DNA of 64,000 bases. Origin: Phycisphaeraceae bacterium. Its GTDB lineage: Bacteria; Planctomycetota; Phycisphaerae; Phycisphaerales; Zrk34. Shown one piece after another: positions 49,482 through 59,661 of this stretch. Position 1 is the first letter of the stretch. Each line of letters begins with the position of its first letter. The DNA lies in the NCBI GenBank assembly GCA_040905565.1, contig JBBDRF010000092.1, forward strand, positions 146,916-210,915, written 5' to 3'. The notes under the pieces are model-generated. The model was given only the letters and a program-made list of their open reading frames with translations. It had not been told where the DNA came from and made no database searches. A program made the position numbers and the translations under genes.

Positions 49482-52214
49482 ATGCGTGACACGACGAGAT
49501 CAGAGACGGCAGACGCAGCGGATTCAAAACCGTTCACCGGACGGATACGCCGCCGCAAGACCAAGGCTTCGGTGAAGGTCGGCGATGCGGTGGCGCGTGG
49601 ACTGATCACGACGGGCGGGATCGGCACGATCATTGCGGTGTCGGCGGTGTGTCTGTTCCTGGTGTGGGTGGCGGTGCCGCTGTTTCACGGCGCAACCGTG
49701 ACCGACGCGAAAACCTACGCCGAGCCTTGGGAAGGGGACGCAGCCGAGGCGGTGCACCTGGCGACGGACGATCACCAGACGATCGGCTATACCGTCACCA
49801 ACGACGGCATGCTTCACGTTTTCCTCTGGGATAGCGGCGAGTTGGTGACACGGGAGCCGCTGTTTGAAGACCGTGATCCGACGGCATGGTCGTTCGGCGA
49901 ACGCCACGGCGATGCGGTGTTCGGCTTCGCCGACGGCTCGGTGCAACTGGGGAGCATCACGTTCGAGACGAGCTATCTGGAAGCGGAGGATGTGCCCGAA
50001 GACGTGGTCGCTCTGGCGGTGAACGAAACGATGGTCTACGACGACGGCGTGATCACGCGGACGCCGATCGGCCAGTTCCGCCTGCGGAAAGTGCGAGCGG
50101 CGTTCGGCGAGCCCGCGATGCTTGAGAATCCGTCGCCCGTGGTGCACCTCAGCCACACGCAGCGTGGCGGACGCACGATCTTCGTCAGCTATCTCGCGGA
50201 CGGTCGGCTTCTACTCAATGAAGTACGCGAACGGCGAAACCTGCTGACCGGCGAGGTGCGGACGGAACTCAACGACCGCGAACTGCCGTTCGAGTTGCCC
50301 GCCGATCGCGAGGCCCCTGACCACGTGATGATGGCGGGGCTGGGCGACAACATCTTCGTGCTCTGGAACGACGGGCATCTGCTGCGGTACGACCTGCGGG
50401 ACCGAGAGGATCCACGTGTCGTTGAACGCGTCGACCTGATCGCGGAGGAAGGCGAACGCATCACGGCGGTTGATTTCATGACCGGACGCCACAGCCTGGT
50501 GACCGGCGATTCGCTCGGGCGTGTCCGTGTCTGGTTCCGCGTCTCGAAGGATGCGGCGACGATGGCAGCGGCTCGTGGCGAGGGTAAGGCCCCAGAGCAG
50601 GTGGACGACGGGCCAGTGGTGCTGCATGTGGTCGGCGACGGCGTTCGGCTGGTCAACGCGCATGAGCTGGTCGGGCCTACCGATGCGGCCGTCACGGCCC
50701 TGGGGGCTTCGCTGGGCAGTCGCATGTTGAGCGTCGCCTACGAAGACAACAGCATTCGGCTGTTCCACGTGACGGCGAACAACCTCGTCCTTCAGACGCA
50801 GACGCCCCCCGGGGTGCCGATCGACGACCTCTACATGGCCCCGCGCGACGACGGCCTGATCGCGCTCACCCCGGGACAGATGCAACGCTGGTCGTTTGAT
50901 CGCAAGTATCCTGCAATCACCGTGAAGTCGGCCTTCGCGCCCGTCTGGTACGAAGACTACTCAGGTCCGCAGCACATGTGGCAGTCCTCAGCGGGCACCG
51001 ATGAATTCGAGCCGAAGTACGGCCTCACGCCTCTAATCTTCGGCACGCTTAAGGCCACCTTCTACTCCATGCTGTTCGGACTGCCCCTGGCGATGCTCGC
51101 CGCCATCTACACCAGCGAATTCCTGCACCGCAAGGCCCGCGCCCGCATCAAGCCGATCATCGAAATGATGGCCAGCCTGCCCAGCGTGGTGCTCGGTTTC
51201 GTCGCGGCACTGGTGATCGCGCCAATCGTCGAGCGCGTCGTCCCGGCGGCACTGCTGGCGGTCTTCCTCGTTCCGCTGTCGGTCCTGCTGGGCGGCTACC
51301 TCTGGCAGATGCTCCCGTACGCGTTGCAGATCCGCATGACCAACTGGCGCATCGTGTTCATCTCCGCCGCCGTTTTGTTGGCGATGCTGGTAACGCCGGT
51401 GCTTGGCCCGGTGGTCGAGTACGTCGCATTTGCTGGCGACATTCGCGAGTGGCTCCGTGCGGAACGTGGCTCGGGCGTCACCGGCTGGCTAATCCTGATG
51501 CTGCCGGTGAGTCTGCTGATTACCACCATCGTGTTCAGCCGTTTCATCAACCCCTGGCTGCGCGACCGTAGGGTGGCAATCACCCGATCGAAAGCGGCCA
51601 CGCATGAGCTTATCAAGTTCGGTATCGGCATCATCGTGACCGTCAGCCTGGCGCTGGTCGCTGCGATGGTGATGACGCACGGCCTTGGATGGGACCCCCG
51701 CGGCAGCTTCATCATCGGCGGCATGGACTTCTCGCCGATCGATACCTACGAACAGCGGAACTCGCTGATCGTCGGCTTCGTGATGGGCTTCGCGATCATC
51801 CCCATCATCTACACCATCGCCGAAGATGCCCTGAGTTCCGTCCCCGAGCACCTTCGCTCAGCCTCACTCGGTGCCGGGGCCACACCATGGCAGACGGCCG
51901 CGCGGCTGATCGTGCCGACGGCGATGAGCGGTCTCTTCTCCGCAGCGATGATCGGCCTCGGCCGCGCGGCCGGGGAGACCATGATCGTGCTCATGGCGGC
52001 CGGCAACACACCCCTGATGGAAATGAACATCTTCAACGGCTTCCGCACGCTCGCCGCGAACATCGCCGTCGAACTGCCTGAAGCCTCCATCGGAGGCACC
52101 CATTACCGCATGCTGTTTCTCGCGGCGTTGACGCTCTTCGCGATGACCTTCGCGATCAACACGCTCGCAGAAGTCGTCCGCCTGCGGTTCCGCAAGAGGG
52201 CCTACCAACTATGA
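49482..52214 (+). CDS. pstC: Phosphate permease PstC with large extracytoplasmic propeller-like domain
   Basis: PLIFGTLKAT, EMMASLPSVVLG, ASLGAGATPWQT, GRAAGETMIVLMAAGN. Confidence 0.92.
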   Translation: MRDTTRSETADAADSKPFTGRIRRRKTKASVKVGDAVARGLITTGGIGTIIAVSAVCLFLVWVAVPLFHGATVTDAKTYAEPWEGDAAEAVHLATDDHQTIGYTVTNDGMLHVFLWDSGELVTREPLFEDRDPTAWSFGERHGDAVFGFADGSVQLGSITFETSYLEAEDVPEDVVALAVNETMVYDDGVITRTPIGQFRLRKVRAAFGEPAMLENPSPVVHLSHTQRGGRTIFVSYLADGRLLLNEVRERRNLLTGEVRTELNDRELPFELPADREAPDHVMMAGLGDNIFVLWNDGHLLRYDLRDREDPRVVERVDLIAEEGERITAVDFMTGRHSLVTGDSLGRVRVWFRVSKDAATMAAARGEGKAPEQVDDGPVVLHVVGDGVRLVNAHELVGPTDAAVTALGASLGSRMLSVAYEDNSIRLFHVTANNLVLQTQTPPGVPIDDLYMAPRDDGLIALTPGQMQRWSFDRKYPAITVKSAFAPVWYEDYSGPQHMWQSSAGTDEFEPKYGLTPLIFGTLKATFYSMLFGLPLAMLAAIYTSEFLHRKARARIKPIIEMMASLPSVVLGFVAALVIAPIVERVVPAALLAVFLVPLSVLLGGYLWQMLPYALQIRMTNWRIVFISAAVLLAMLVTPVLGPVVEYVAFAGDIREWLRAERGSGVTGWLILMLPVSLLITTIVFSRFINPWLRDRRVAITRSKAATHELIKFGIGIIVTVSLALVAAMVMTHGLGWDPRGSFIIGGMDFSPIDTYEQRNSLIVGFVMGFAIIPIIYTIAEDALSSVPEHLRSASLGAGATPWQTAARLIVPTAMSGLFSAAMIGLGRAAGETMIVLMAAGNTPLMEMNIFNGFRTLAANIAVELPEASIGGTHYRMLFLAALTLFAMTFAINTLAEVVRLRFRKRAYQL

Positions 52215-54715
52215 CCACCGGTGCCGCTACAACACAGGACGTGACAACGAAGCCCGGCGGTGCCGGCGAGCCCACGCCCGAACAACCCCACCCCGGCGGG
52301 CGCACCCGGAGGCGACGCGGCAACTCCATCGCCGCTCAGGGCGAACCGCTCGTCTGGCTGATCGGCGGCGGGCTCACCGTCTGTGCCATGATGATCGTCG
52401 GCCTCCTTCTGCTCATCTTTTTACAGGGCGTGTCGACCTTCTGGCCCAAGCGCGTCATTCAAGTGGAGTTGACCGACGGCAGCGTGCTCCTTGGCGAGCG
52501 CACCCGCGGAGAGTGGTTCATGCCCGGCGTAGATGACACCTCCGGCGCGGAAATGGTGGGTGCCGAGGTGCTCGAGGAGACGCCGACACGCGAGCGCCAA
52601 TACCGACAGCTGATGCGGACGGGCAATCGTGACCTCACCGGCGTCTCATTCAACTGGGTGCCCGATGCAGCGATTGAGCGGGAGTCGCAGCCGGAGTGGG
52701 CGATGCTGATCGAACGCCGCACCTGGGGGCCTTACATGGGCTTTCCGCAGGCGTTCGTCGAAGTGCATGATCGAGAGGTCGGCGCTGAAGAGGCCAGTCT
52801 GGCGGGACATCTGACATTCTTTCAAGGGGCGTTCGGAGCGTTGGATCCCGAGGAGCGGGAGACGGCCGTGTCCCTGGTACAGCAGCGGCTTGAGTCGCTG
52901 CGCACGGCTGAGGTGAACGCGTTCCTCGCTGATCTCGCCAGTGAAGGCCGCACGTATGAAGCGGTCCTCGAAGGTGGGCAAAAGATCGCGTTCGACGCGG
53001 TGGAGCCAGGCGCGAACGTCGTCGCGGTGCGTGAACAATGGACCGGCGAGGCGGAGGCATGGGCGCGGTTCCAGGCTGAACACGATTCGGTAGGGGAGCG
53101 GAGCGACGAACGGCACAGCCTTGAACGACACAAACTGGGCAGTCTGAACCATGTGCAAGAGACGGCGCGGCTGGCGGTCCGCTCGCAGGAACTTGAGCAC
53201 AACATGGGTCTGCTCGGCCTCGCGAATCGACTGCTAGAAATCGAAACCGCGATCACAAACGCAACGCAGCGCCGGACGGAACTGGCCGGCACCCCCGACC
53301 AGCTAACCGAGCATTTCGGCGCAGACTCTCAGTTGATCGCCCTTGCCGACAAGGTGGCCTCGGCGCGGCAGGCCGACCTCGATGCAGAGCTGACTGATCT
53401 GGAGGAACGTCATGCGGCCGAGCAAGCCGAGCTTGCCAACCTGCCTGAAGATCCTCAACGGGCCATCGAAGCTTACGTTTCCAGTGTGCAGCGGGTGCGG
53501 CGTGAACAGGCGGTCGTGCTTGAAGAAATCGACCAGCTAAACCGCGAGAACGAACAACTCGAGCTTCACACCGCCGACGTGACCGGCACACCGACGACGC
53601 TGGTGCTCGGCGAGGTCGTGCGGGCCTACCCCGCGAACCAACTTTCTCTGACCGACCGCGTTGGCGTGTACGGCTCACGCTGGTTGGAATTCCTGACGGA
53701 AAATCCGCGCGAGGCCAACCAGGAAGGCGGCGTGCTGCCACCGATTGTGGGCACCATCGTGATGACGCTGCTGATGTGCTTCATGGTCGTGCCGTTCGGC
53801 GTGCTGGCGGCGCTGTACCTGCGGGAATACGCGAAGCCCGGGCCGATTGTCAGCGCGGTCCGCATCGCAGTGAACAATCTCGCGGGCGTGCCCAGCATCG
53901 TCTTCGGCGTGTTCGGGCTCGGCTTCTTCTGCTACATCGTCGGCGGCTATGTCGATCAGGGCCCAACAAATCCCGCAAGCCCGATGCCCTGGATGATGGT
54001 CCTCTGCCTGCTTGTGGTGATCGCGGGGCTGGCGATATGGGCGACGACGATCAAGATGAAAACTTCCGCAGCACGCAGCACCAGCGCCAAGCTGCTCGGC
54101 TATGCCGTGATCGCGACGTGGATGATCTCCTTCGGCCTGATCGCCTGGCTGGTCGTGAAGACGCCGTTTTTTGAAGGCTTTTACGCAGCTCGCGCCGCCG
54201 ACGGCCATCCCACCTTCCGCAAGGGCGGCGTACTATGGGCCTCGCTCACACTGGCACTGCTGACGCTGCCGGTGGTAATCGTGGCGACGGAAGAAGCGCT
54301 GGCCGCCGTGCCACGTTCGATGCGTGAAGGCTCGTACGCCTGCGGCGCGAGCAAATGGCAGACGGTGCGGCGGATCGTGTTGCCTCGCGCGATGCCGGGC
54401 ATCATGACGGGGATGATTCTCGCCATGGCGCGCGGCGCAGGCGAGGTGGCCCCACTCATGCTGGTCGGCGCGGTGACGCTGGCGCAGGAACTGCCGGTTG
54501 ATCCGCAGTTCCCCTACGTCCATCTCGATCGCAGCTTCATGCACCTGGGCTTCCACATCTACGACGTCGGCTTCCAGAGCCCCGACAGCGAAGGTGCCAA
54601 GCCGATGGTCTATACGACGGCCCTGCTGCTGGTGGGCATTATCGCGACGCTGAACATGGCTGCGTTCGGCCTCCGGACCAAGCTGCGGCGACGCTTCGCA
54701 GGCAGCCAGTTCTAA
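52211..54715 (+). CDS. pstA: Phosphate permease PstA with coiled-coil extracytoplasmic domain
   Basis: [46 protein letters not shown]. Confidence 0.92.
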   Translation: MTTGAATTQDVTTKPGGAGEPTPEQPHPGGRTRRRRGNSIAAQGEPLVWLIGGGLTVCAMMIVGLLLLIFLQGVSTFWPKRVIQVELTDGSVLLGERTRGEWFMPGVDDTSGAEMVGAEVLEETPTRERQYRQLMRTGNRDLTGVSFNWVPDAAIERESQPEWAMLIERRTWGPYMGFPQAFVEVHDREVGAEEASLAGHLTFFQGAFGALDPEERETAVSLVQQRLESLRTAEVNAFLADLASEGRTYEAVLEGGQKIAFDAVEPGANVVAVREQWTGEAEAWARFQAEHDSVGERSDERHSLERHKLGSLNHVQETARLAVRSQELEHNMGLLGLANRLLEIETAITNATQRRTELAGTPDQLTEHFGADSQLIALADKVASARQADLDAELTDLEERHAAEQAELANLPEDPQRAIEAYVSSVQRVRREQAVVLEEIDQLNRENEQLELHTADVTGTPTTLVLGEVVRAYPANQLSLTDRVGVYGSRWLEFLTENPREANQEGGVLPPIVGTIVMTLLMCFMVVPFGVLAALYLREYAKPGPIVSAVRIAVNNLAGVPSIVFGVFGLGFFCYIVGGYVDQGPTNPASPMPWMMVLCLLVVIAGLAIWATTIKMKTSAARSTSAKLLGYAVIATWMISFGLIAWLVVKTPFFEGFYAARAADGHPTFRKGGVLWASLTLALLTLPVVIVATEEALAAVPRSMREGSYACGASKWQTVRRIVLPRAMPGIMTGMILAMARGAGEVAPLMLVGAVTLAQELPVDPQFPYVHLDRSFMHLGFHIYDVGFQSPDSEGAKPMVYTTALLLVGIIATLNMAAFGLRTKLRRRFAGSQF

Positions 54716-54762
54716 CGCGGAATCAGGAACAAACCGTCGCCCCGACGCGACATGAACGACAG

Positions 54763-55635
54763 GTGGCAACAATGCAGAACGAAACGACAGTCGAGCCGGT
54801 GCAGCGCGAGCGTGGCCGCCTTCAGGCCATCATCGCAGGCAAGGACGTGGAGACCGAAACCCACGCCAGCCTGAGGACCGAGACGCCCGTGCTTGAGATC
54901 GAGAACTTTCGCCTCTGGTACGGCCAGGCGCAGGCCCTCTACAACGTATCGATGAACATCCCCAAAGGGAAAGTGACCGCACTCATCGGGCCCAGTGGCT
55001 GCGGCAAAAGCACGCTGCTGCGATCGGTCAACCGCTTGAACGACCTCATCGAAACCGTCCAGATCGACGGGCAGATGCGACTCAACGGCGACCCGATCTA
55101 CGACCCCAGCGTCGACGTCATCGAACTGCGCAAACGCATGGGCATGGTCTTTCAGAAATCGAACCCCTTCCCGATGAGCATCTACGAAAACGTCGTCTAT
55201 GCCTTGCGGATCGACGGCGAGCGGAAGAAGTCGATCCTCGACAACGTCTGCGAACGCTCACTCAAAGCCGCTGCGCTTTGGGACGAGGTGAAGGATCGCC
55301 TGCACGAGAGCGGCCTCAGCTTGTCCGGCGGTCAGCAGCAACGTTTGTGCATCGCCCGCGCGATCGCCGCTGAGCCGGAGGTGCTGCTGATGGACGAACC
55401 TTGCTCGGCACTGGATCCGCTGGCGACGAGCAAGATCGAGGATCTGATCCAGGAACTTAAGGGCGAGTACACCGTGCTGATCGTGACGCACAACATGCAG
55501 CAGGCGTCGCGCGTCAGCGATTACACCGCCTTCATGTATCTCGGACGGCTCATCGAATACGGCCCGACAGAGGACCTGTTCATCAAACCACATGTCGCGG
55601 AAACCGAAGATTACATCACCGGTCGATTCGGATAA
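54763..55635 (+). CDS. pstB: Phosphate ABC ATPase PstB
   Basis: [39 protein letters not shown]. Confidence 0.96.
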   Translation: MATMQNETTVEPVQRERGRLQAIIAGKDVETETHASLRTETPVLEIENFRLWYGQAQALYNVSMNIPKGKVTALIGPSGCGKSTLLRSVNRLNDLIETVQIDGQMRLNGDPIYDPSVDVIELRKRMGMVFQKSNPFPMSIYENVVYALRIDGERKKSILDNVCERSLKAAALWDEVKDRLHESGLSLSGGQQQRLCIARAIAAEPEVLLMDEPCSALDPLATSKIEDLIQELKGEYTVLIVTHNMQQASRVSDYTAFMYLGRLIEYGPTEDLFIKPHVAETEDYITGRFG

Positions 55636-55741
55636 GCGATCGAGTGGCGAACACAAACGTCGGAAAACACAGCGGGAAACGGTGGGGGGGAGGTGGGGGG
55701 GGGGGTAATGGGTGGCACTCTTACGCAGGAAAGGCAACACC

Positions 55742-56437
55742 ATGCAGCGAGCGTTCCAGATTTCAATGTGCGTCACAATCGGCAGCATTGCACTGTTCGG
55801 TTGTGAGAGCAAACCCACGGCACACGCCACGCCTCAGAACGAACAGGCCCCTACGGCAGCCGTGGCGACGGAGCAGCCAACAGCCGTGACCGAGGTTGCA
55901 ACCGAAGCGGTTCATGAGCACGATCGGCCCGGCTTCGTGACCAGCGTCGAAGACGATCGGCTGCTGTGGGTGTGGCCGGACGGGGCGGAGCGCGAGAAGC
56001 CGGTGAAGCAGGTCAGGCTCGTCGGCGCAGGGCCAGATGGCCTGACGATCGTCGCGCCGGATCAGGAGACGGCGACGCGTTACCTCGCCACGAAGCCCGG
56101 CTACCAGATCGACCTTGCGGAGAATCGGCTTTGGGTCTGGCGTGATGATCAACAGCCCGAAAAGACGGCCAAGCAGGTCCGTATGGTCGCTGCCGGGCCG
56201 CGCGGCACCACGCTCGTCGGGCAGGACCGCCAGACACTGGTCGACTACCTCACCGCAGCTGACGGTTTCGTGACTGAGGTTGATGAGGACGGCCGGCTGT
56301 GGGTGTGGTCGGAAGGTGAAGAGCAGGGCAAACCCGCGAAGCAGGTGCGCATGGTCGGTGCCGGACCCATGGGTCTGACGCTGGTCAGCCCGGCCCGGGA
56401 TACGCTTGAAGGATACCTCGCAGCGGTCGGCAGGTGA
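55742..56437 (+). CDS. Unknown lipoprotein with three ~55-aa tandem repeats
   Basis: ALFGC lipobox, Ala/Thr/Pro linker, three copies of G[FY]...LWVW...K.KQVR.V.AGP.G.T.V...T...YL. Confidence 0.85.
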   Translation: MQRAFQISMCVTIGSIALFGCESKPTAHATPQNEQAPTAAVATEQPTAVTEVATEAVHEHDRPGFVTSVEDDRLLWVWPDGAEREKPVKQVRLVGAGPDGLTIVAPDQETATRYLATKPGYQIDLAENRLWVWRDDQQPEKTAKQVRMVAAGPRGTTLVGQDRQTLVDYLTAADGFVTEVDEDGRLWVWSEGEEQGKPAKQVRMVGAGPMGLTLVSPARDTLEGYLAAVGR

Positions 56438-56476
56438 CCGGCCAATCAGTCGGCATCAACATCAAAGGAAGAAGCC

Positions 56477-57154
56477 ATGGCTGTTCACCAACAGCGTCAG
56501 ATTGAAAAGTTGAAGCGGATGATTCGCGCCCTCGGCGCACGTGCCCAGAGTCAGTTGGACTCGGCGATGCGAGCCGTGAAGGATCGTGACGAAGAACTGG
56601 CGCAGCGCGTCATTGCTGAGGACGATCGCATCAATCAGGTTGAGATTGAGATTGAGGAGGAGTGCCTACATACCTTGGCGCTCTATCAGCCGGTCGCGTT
56701 CGATCTGCGATACGTTGTGTCGGTGCTGAAGATCAATAATGACCTGGAGCGCATTGCCGACCAAGCGGTGAATATCGCGCAGCAGGCGAGTTTTCTCAGT
56801 GAATCCGAGCCGTTGCCGTTGGTGCCTTACGACATGGACGGCATGGCTGAGCGTGTGCAGGAGATGCTGCGTGACGCGCTCGAAGCATTGGTTGAGATGG
56901 ATGCCGAGCGGGCCGAGCGGGTGCGGCGCGCCGATGAGGAAGTCGACGCGATTCACCGGGAGATGTACGCCAATGTTGAAACGGCGATCCAGAAGCATCC
57001 CGAGCAGGCGCGACAGCTGATTCACCTGATGAACATTTCACGGCAGCTCGAGCGCACGGCCGACCTGACCGTAAACATAGCAGAGGATGTTCTGTACACC
57101 GCCCAGGGCGACATCATCCGCCACGCAACTGCCAGATCAAAGGCCGAACTGTAG
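56477..57154 (+). CDS. phoU: PhoU
   Basis: LALYQPVAFDLR, DLERIAD, LERTADLTVNIAEDV. Confidence 0.95.
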   Translation: MAVHQQRQIEKLKRMIRALGARAQSQLDSAMRAVKDRDEELAQRVIAEDDRINQVEIEIEEECLHTLALYQPVAFDLRYVVSVLKINNDLERIADQAVNIAQQASFLSESEPLPLVPYDMDGMAERVQEMLRDALEALVEMDAERAERVRRADEEVDAIHREMYANVETAIQKHPEQARQLIHLMNISRQLERTADLTVNIAEDVLYTAQGDIIRHATARSKAEL

Positions 57155-57189
57155 CCGTCGCCGCCCGCTAAAATGGCATCAGCGGTTGT

Positions 57190-58377
57190 TCATTGCTTCG
57201 CCTCGCCGGCACCGACCAGGACGATTTTCGTCAGGATCGGGGCGACGAGTTCGAAGAGGATCGTCGTGCCCAGGATCGTGTTGACGATGAGGGGGCCGGC
57301 TTGTTCAAGGCCCGGTGCGCCCGATGCGACGAGCGCTAACCCGATCGAGACGCCGGCCTGAGGCAACAGGGCGAATCCGAGCCGATGGCGAAGCACCGCG
57401 GGCGCTTTGACTATGGTCGTGCCGAGCCACGCGCCGACCACCTTCCCCACGACACGCGCGACGGCATAAGCGGCGATGAACCCGAGAGAGTCGACAAATA
57501 CGGCTGGCTCAAAATGCGTCCCTGCGAGTGTGAAGAGCGTCAGGAAGATCAGCTCCTGGATGTGCGTCATCGGCCGCAGCCATTGCTGTGTCTTTTGCGG
57601 ATCGAAGAACTCCTTCGACACCAGGCCCAGCAGCATGCACGTGAGAAGTGGCGAAAGATGCAGCAGGTTCGCCAGGCCCACCGCCAGAAGAATACTGCCC
57701 GCCACCACCGGCAGACGCAGGTCTTCCTGCTCAACGCGCCAACCGAACCATCCGAGCAGGCAGCCCATCGCGCTACCGAGCGCGATCGCGCCGCCGATCT
57801 CCCAGAATGCTGAAAGCAGCTGATGCTCGCCCGCGCCTCCCGCAGCAACCAGTGCGAGGGTGAAAAGGATGATGCTCAACATGTCGTCCAAAGCGACCAC
57901 GCCCAGCAGGGTCATCGTCAGCGGCCCGCGCGTCTGGTATTCCTCGATGACGGCGAGCGTCGCTGCCGGTGCCGTGGCCGTTGCGATCGCCCCTAGAACC
58001 AGCCCCGTCGCCAGCGGCGATTGCGCGCCAGCCATGCTCCCGTACGCCCAGAGCGTCACCGTCACCACGGCCAGCGCGCCCACTGACTGGCCCAACGTCC
58101 CGCCCGCGATGCCCCCTCCGAGCCTGCGTAGCCAGCCCCACTCCAGCTCACCGCCGATCATGAAAGCCACTGCCCCCAGTGCGGCTTGGACCAGCACCGG
58201 GTCCCACTCCGGCTGACCGTCGATGATGAATTGCCCGAGGAAGGGCTGGGAGAATGCCGCTCCGACCAGCACGTAGGCCGCGATGCGTGGCACACCGATG
58301 CGCTCCGCCATGTGTCCTACCACGAATCCGACCGCGAGGAGCAGTCCCAGCAGTGTTAGGCCCGAGCCTCCGATCAT
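57190..58377 (-). CDS. Cation:proton antiporter
   Basis: Polytopic membrane protein; ATAPAAT, VVALDD, RVVGK, PQAGVSIG. Confidence 0.88.
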   Translation of the reverse strand: MIGGSGLTLLGLLLAVGFVVGHMAERIGVPRIAAYVLVGAAFSQPFLGQFIIDGQPEWDPVLVQAALGAVAFMIGGELEWGWLRRLGGGIAGGTLGQSVGALAVVTVTLWAYGSMAGAQSPLATGLVLGAIATATAPAATLAVIEEYQTRGPLTMTLLGVVALDDMLSIILFTLALVAAGGAGEHQLLSAFWEIGGAIALGSAMGCLLGWFGWRVEQEDLRLPVVAGSILLAVGLANLLHLSPLLTCMLLGLVSKEFFDPQKTQQWLRPMTHIQELIFLTLFTLAGTHFEPAVFVDSLGFIAAYAVARVVGKVVGAWLGTTIVKAPAVLRHRLGFALLPQAGVSIGLALVASGAPGLEQAGPLIVNTILGTTILFELVAPILTKIVLVGAGEAKQ

Positions 58378-58491
58378 GATCGCCTCGTGCTACAGGAGCA
58401 GACATCGGAGCGTCTCTCACGATAGCGTTCGTTGCCGCCAGAGCGAACACGGTGCATCGGAAGTTGCCGAATGATCGCGGTGGTGGAGCGG

Positions 58492-59643
58492 TCACTCCAG
58501 GGATGGAACGTCGAGCCACCGCCGCTGCGCCCAGCTCTCCAGCCCGAGTTCCGCCAGCTGGACACCCTTTGCCGCCTCCAGGAGTGACCACTCGAACGCG
58601 TCGCCTCGCACCAAGTGCTTGAGAAACAGCTCCCACTGAACCTTGAACGCGTTGTCGTAGACCTGCTGCGAAGGCACCGCGTTCCATGACTCGTAGAAGT
58701 CGATCGGACTGTCGATGTCCGGGTTCCACACCGGCCGGGGCGTGTTGTTGTATTGCTGCGTCACGCATTGGCGCAAGCCGGCCACGGCGCTCCCGTTGGT
58801 GCCGTCTACCTGGAGGGTGAGCAGGTCGTCACGCCGCACGCGCACGCACCACGAACTATTGAAGTGACACACGATGTCGTTTTCCAGTTCGAACGTGGCA
58901 TAGGCGGCATCGTCGGCGGTGGCTTCATAAGGTTTGCCGTTTTCATCCCAGCGCGTGGGGATATGTGTCGCGCCAAGGCAGGACACGCTCTTAACATGGC
59001 CGAATACGTTGTCCAGAAGGTAGCGCCAGTGGCAGAGCATGTCGACGATCAGTCCGCCGCCGTCTTCCTTCCGATAGTTCCAGCTGGGACGCTGGGCGGG
59101 GATGTGGTCGCCTTCGAAGACCCAGTATCCGAACTCGCCGCGCACGGACAGGATGCGGCCGAAGAAACCAGTCTCCACAAGCTGCTTCAGTTTTACGATG
59201 CCCGGCAACCACAGCTTGTCCTGCACCACGCCGTGCTTCACGCCGGCCTCCTCCGCGCGTGCGTACAACTCCATGGCGGCCTCAGTGGTAAGGGCTGTCG
59301 GCTTTTCGCAATAGATATGCTTACCCGCTGCAATCGCCTGCTTCACGGCGGCGGCCCGGCGGTCGGTCGTCTGCGCATCGAAGTAAACCGGATACGCAGC
59401 GTCGGCGAGAAGCGAAGCAAGGTCCGTCGTCACCGGCGGATCGATGCCCGACAACGCAGCGGCTTGGCGAAGCTTGTTCTCGTTGCGACCGACAAGAATC
59501 GGCCGGGGCATGATGACCTCATCGTCGCCGAGCTTCACCCCGCCCTGCTTCACGATCGCCGCCACCGACCGCAGCAGATGCTGATTGGTGCCCATGCGGC
59601 CGGTCACGCCGTTCATAATGATGCCGAGTTCGTGCGTCTTCAT
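58492..59643 (-). CDS. Gfo/Idh/MocA oxidoreductase (cytoplasmic)
   Basis: MNGVTGRMG, IYCEKP, GVVQDKLWLPG, RPSWNYRKEDGGG. Confidence 0.9.
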   Translation of the reverse strand: MKTHELGIIMNGVTGRMGTNQHLLRSVAAIVKQGGVKLGDDEVIMPRPILVGRNENKLRQAAALSGIDPPVTTDLASLLADAAYPVYFDAQTTDRRAAAVKQAIAAGKHIYCEKPTALTTEAAMELYARAEEAGVKHGVVQDKLWLPGIVKLKQLVETGFFGRILSVRGEFGYWVFEGDHIPAQRPSWNYRKEDGGGLIVDMLCHWRYLLDNVFGHVKSVSCLGATHIPTRWDENGKPYEATADDAAYATFELENDIVCHFNSSWCVRVRRDDLLTLQVDGTNGSAVAGLRQCVTQQYNNTPRPVWNPDIDSPIDFYESWNAVPSQQVYDNAFKVQWELFLKHLVRGDAFEWSLLEAAKGVQLAELGLESWAQRRWLDVPSLE

Positions 59644-59661
59644 GCGTCGTCACCGTTCTCT

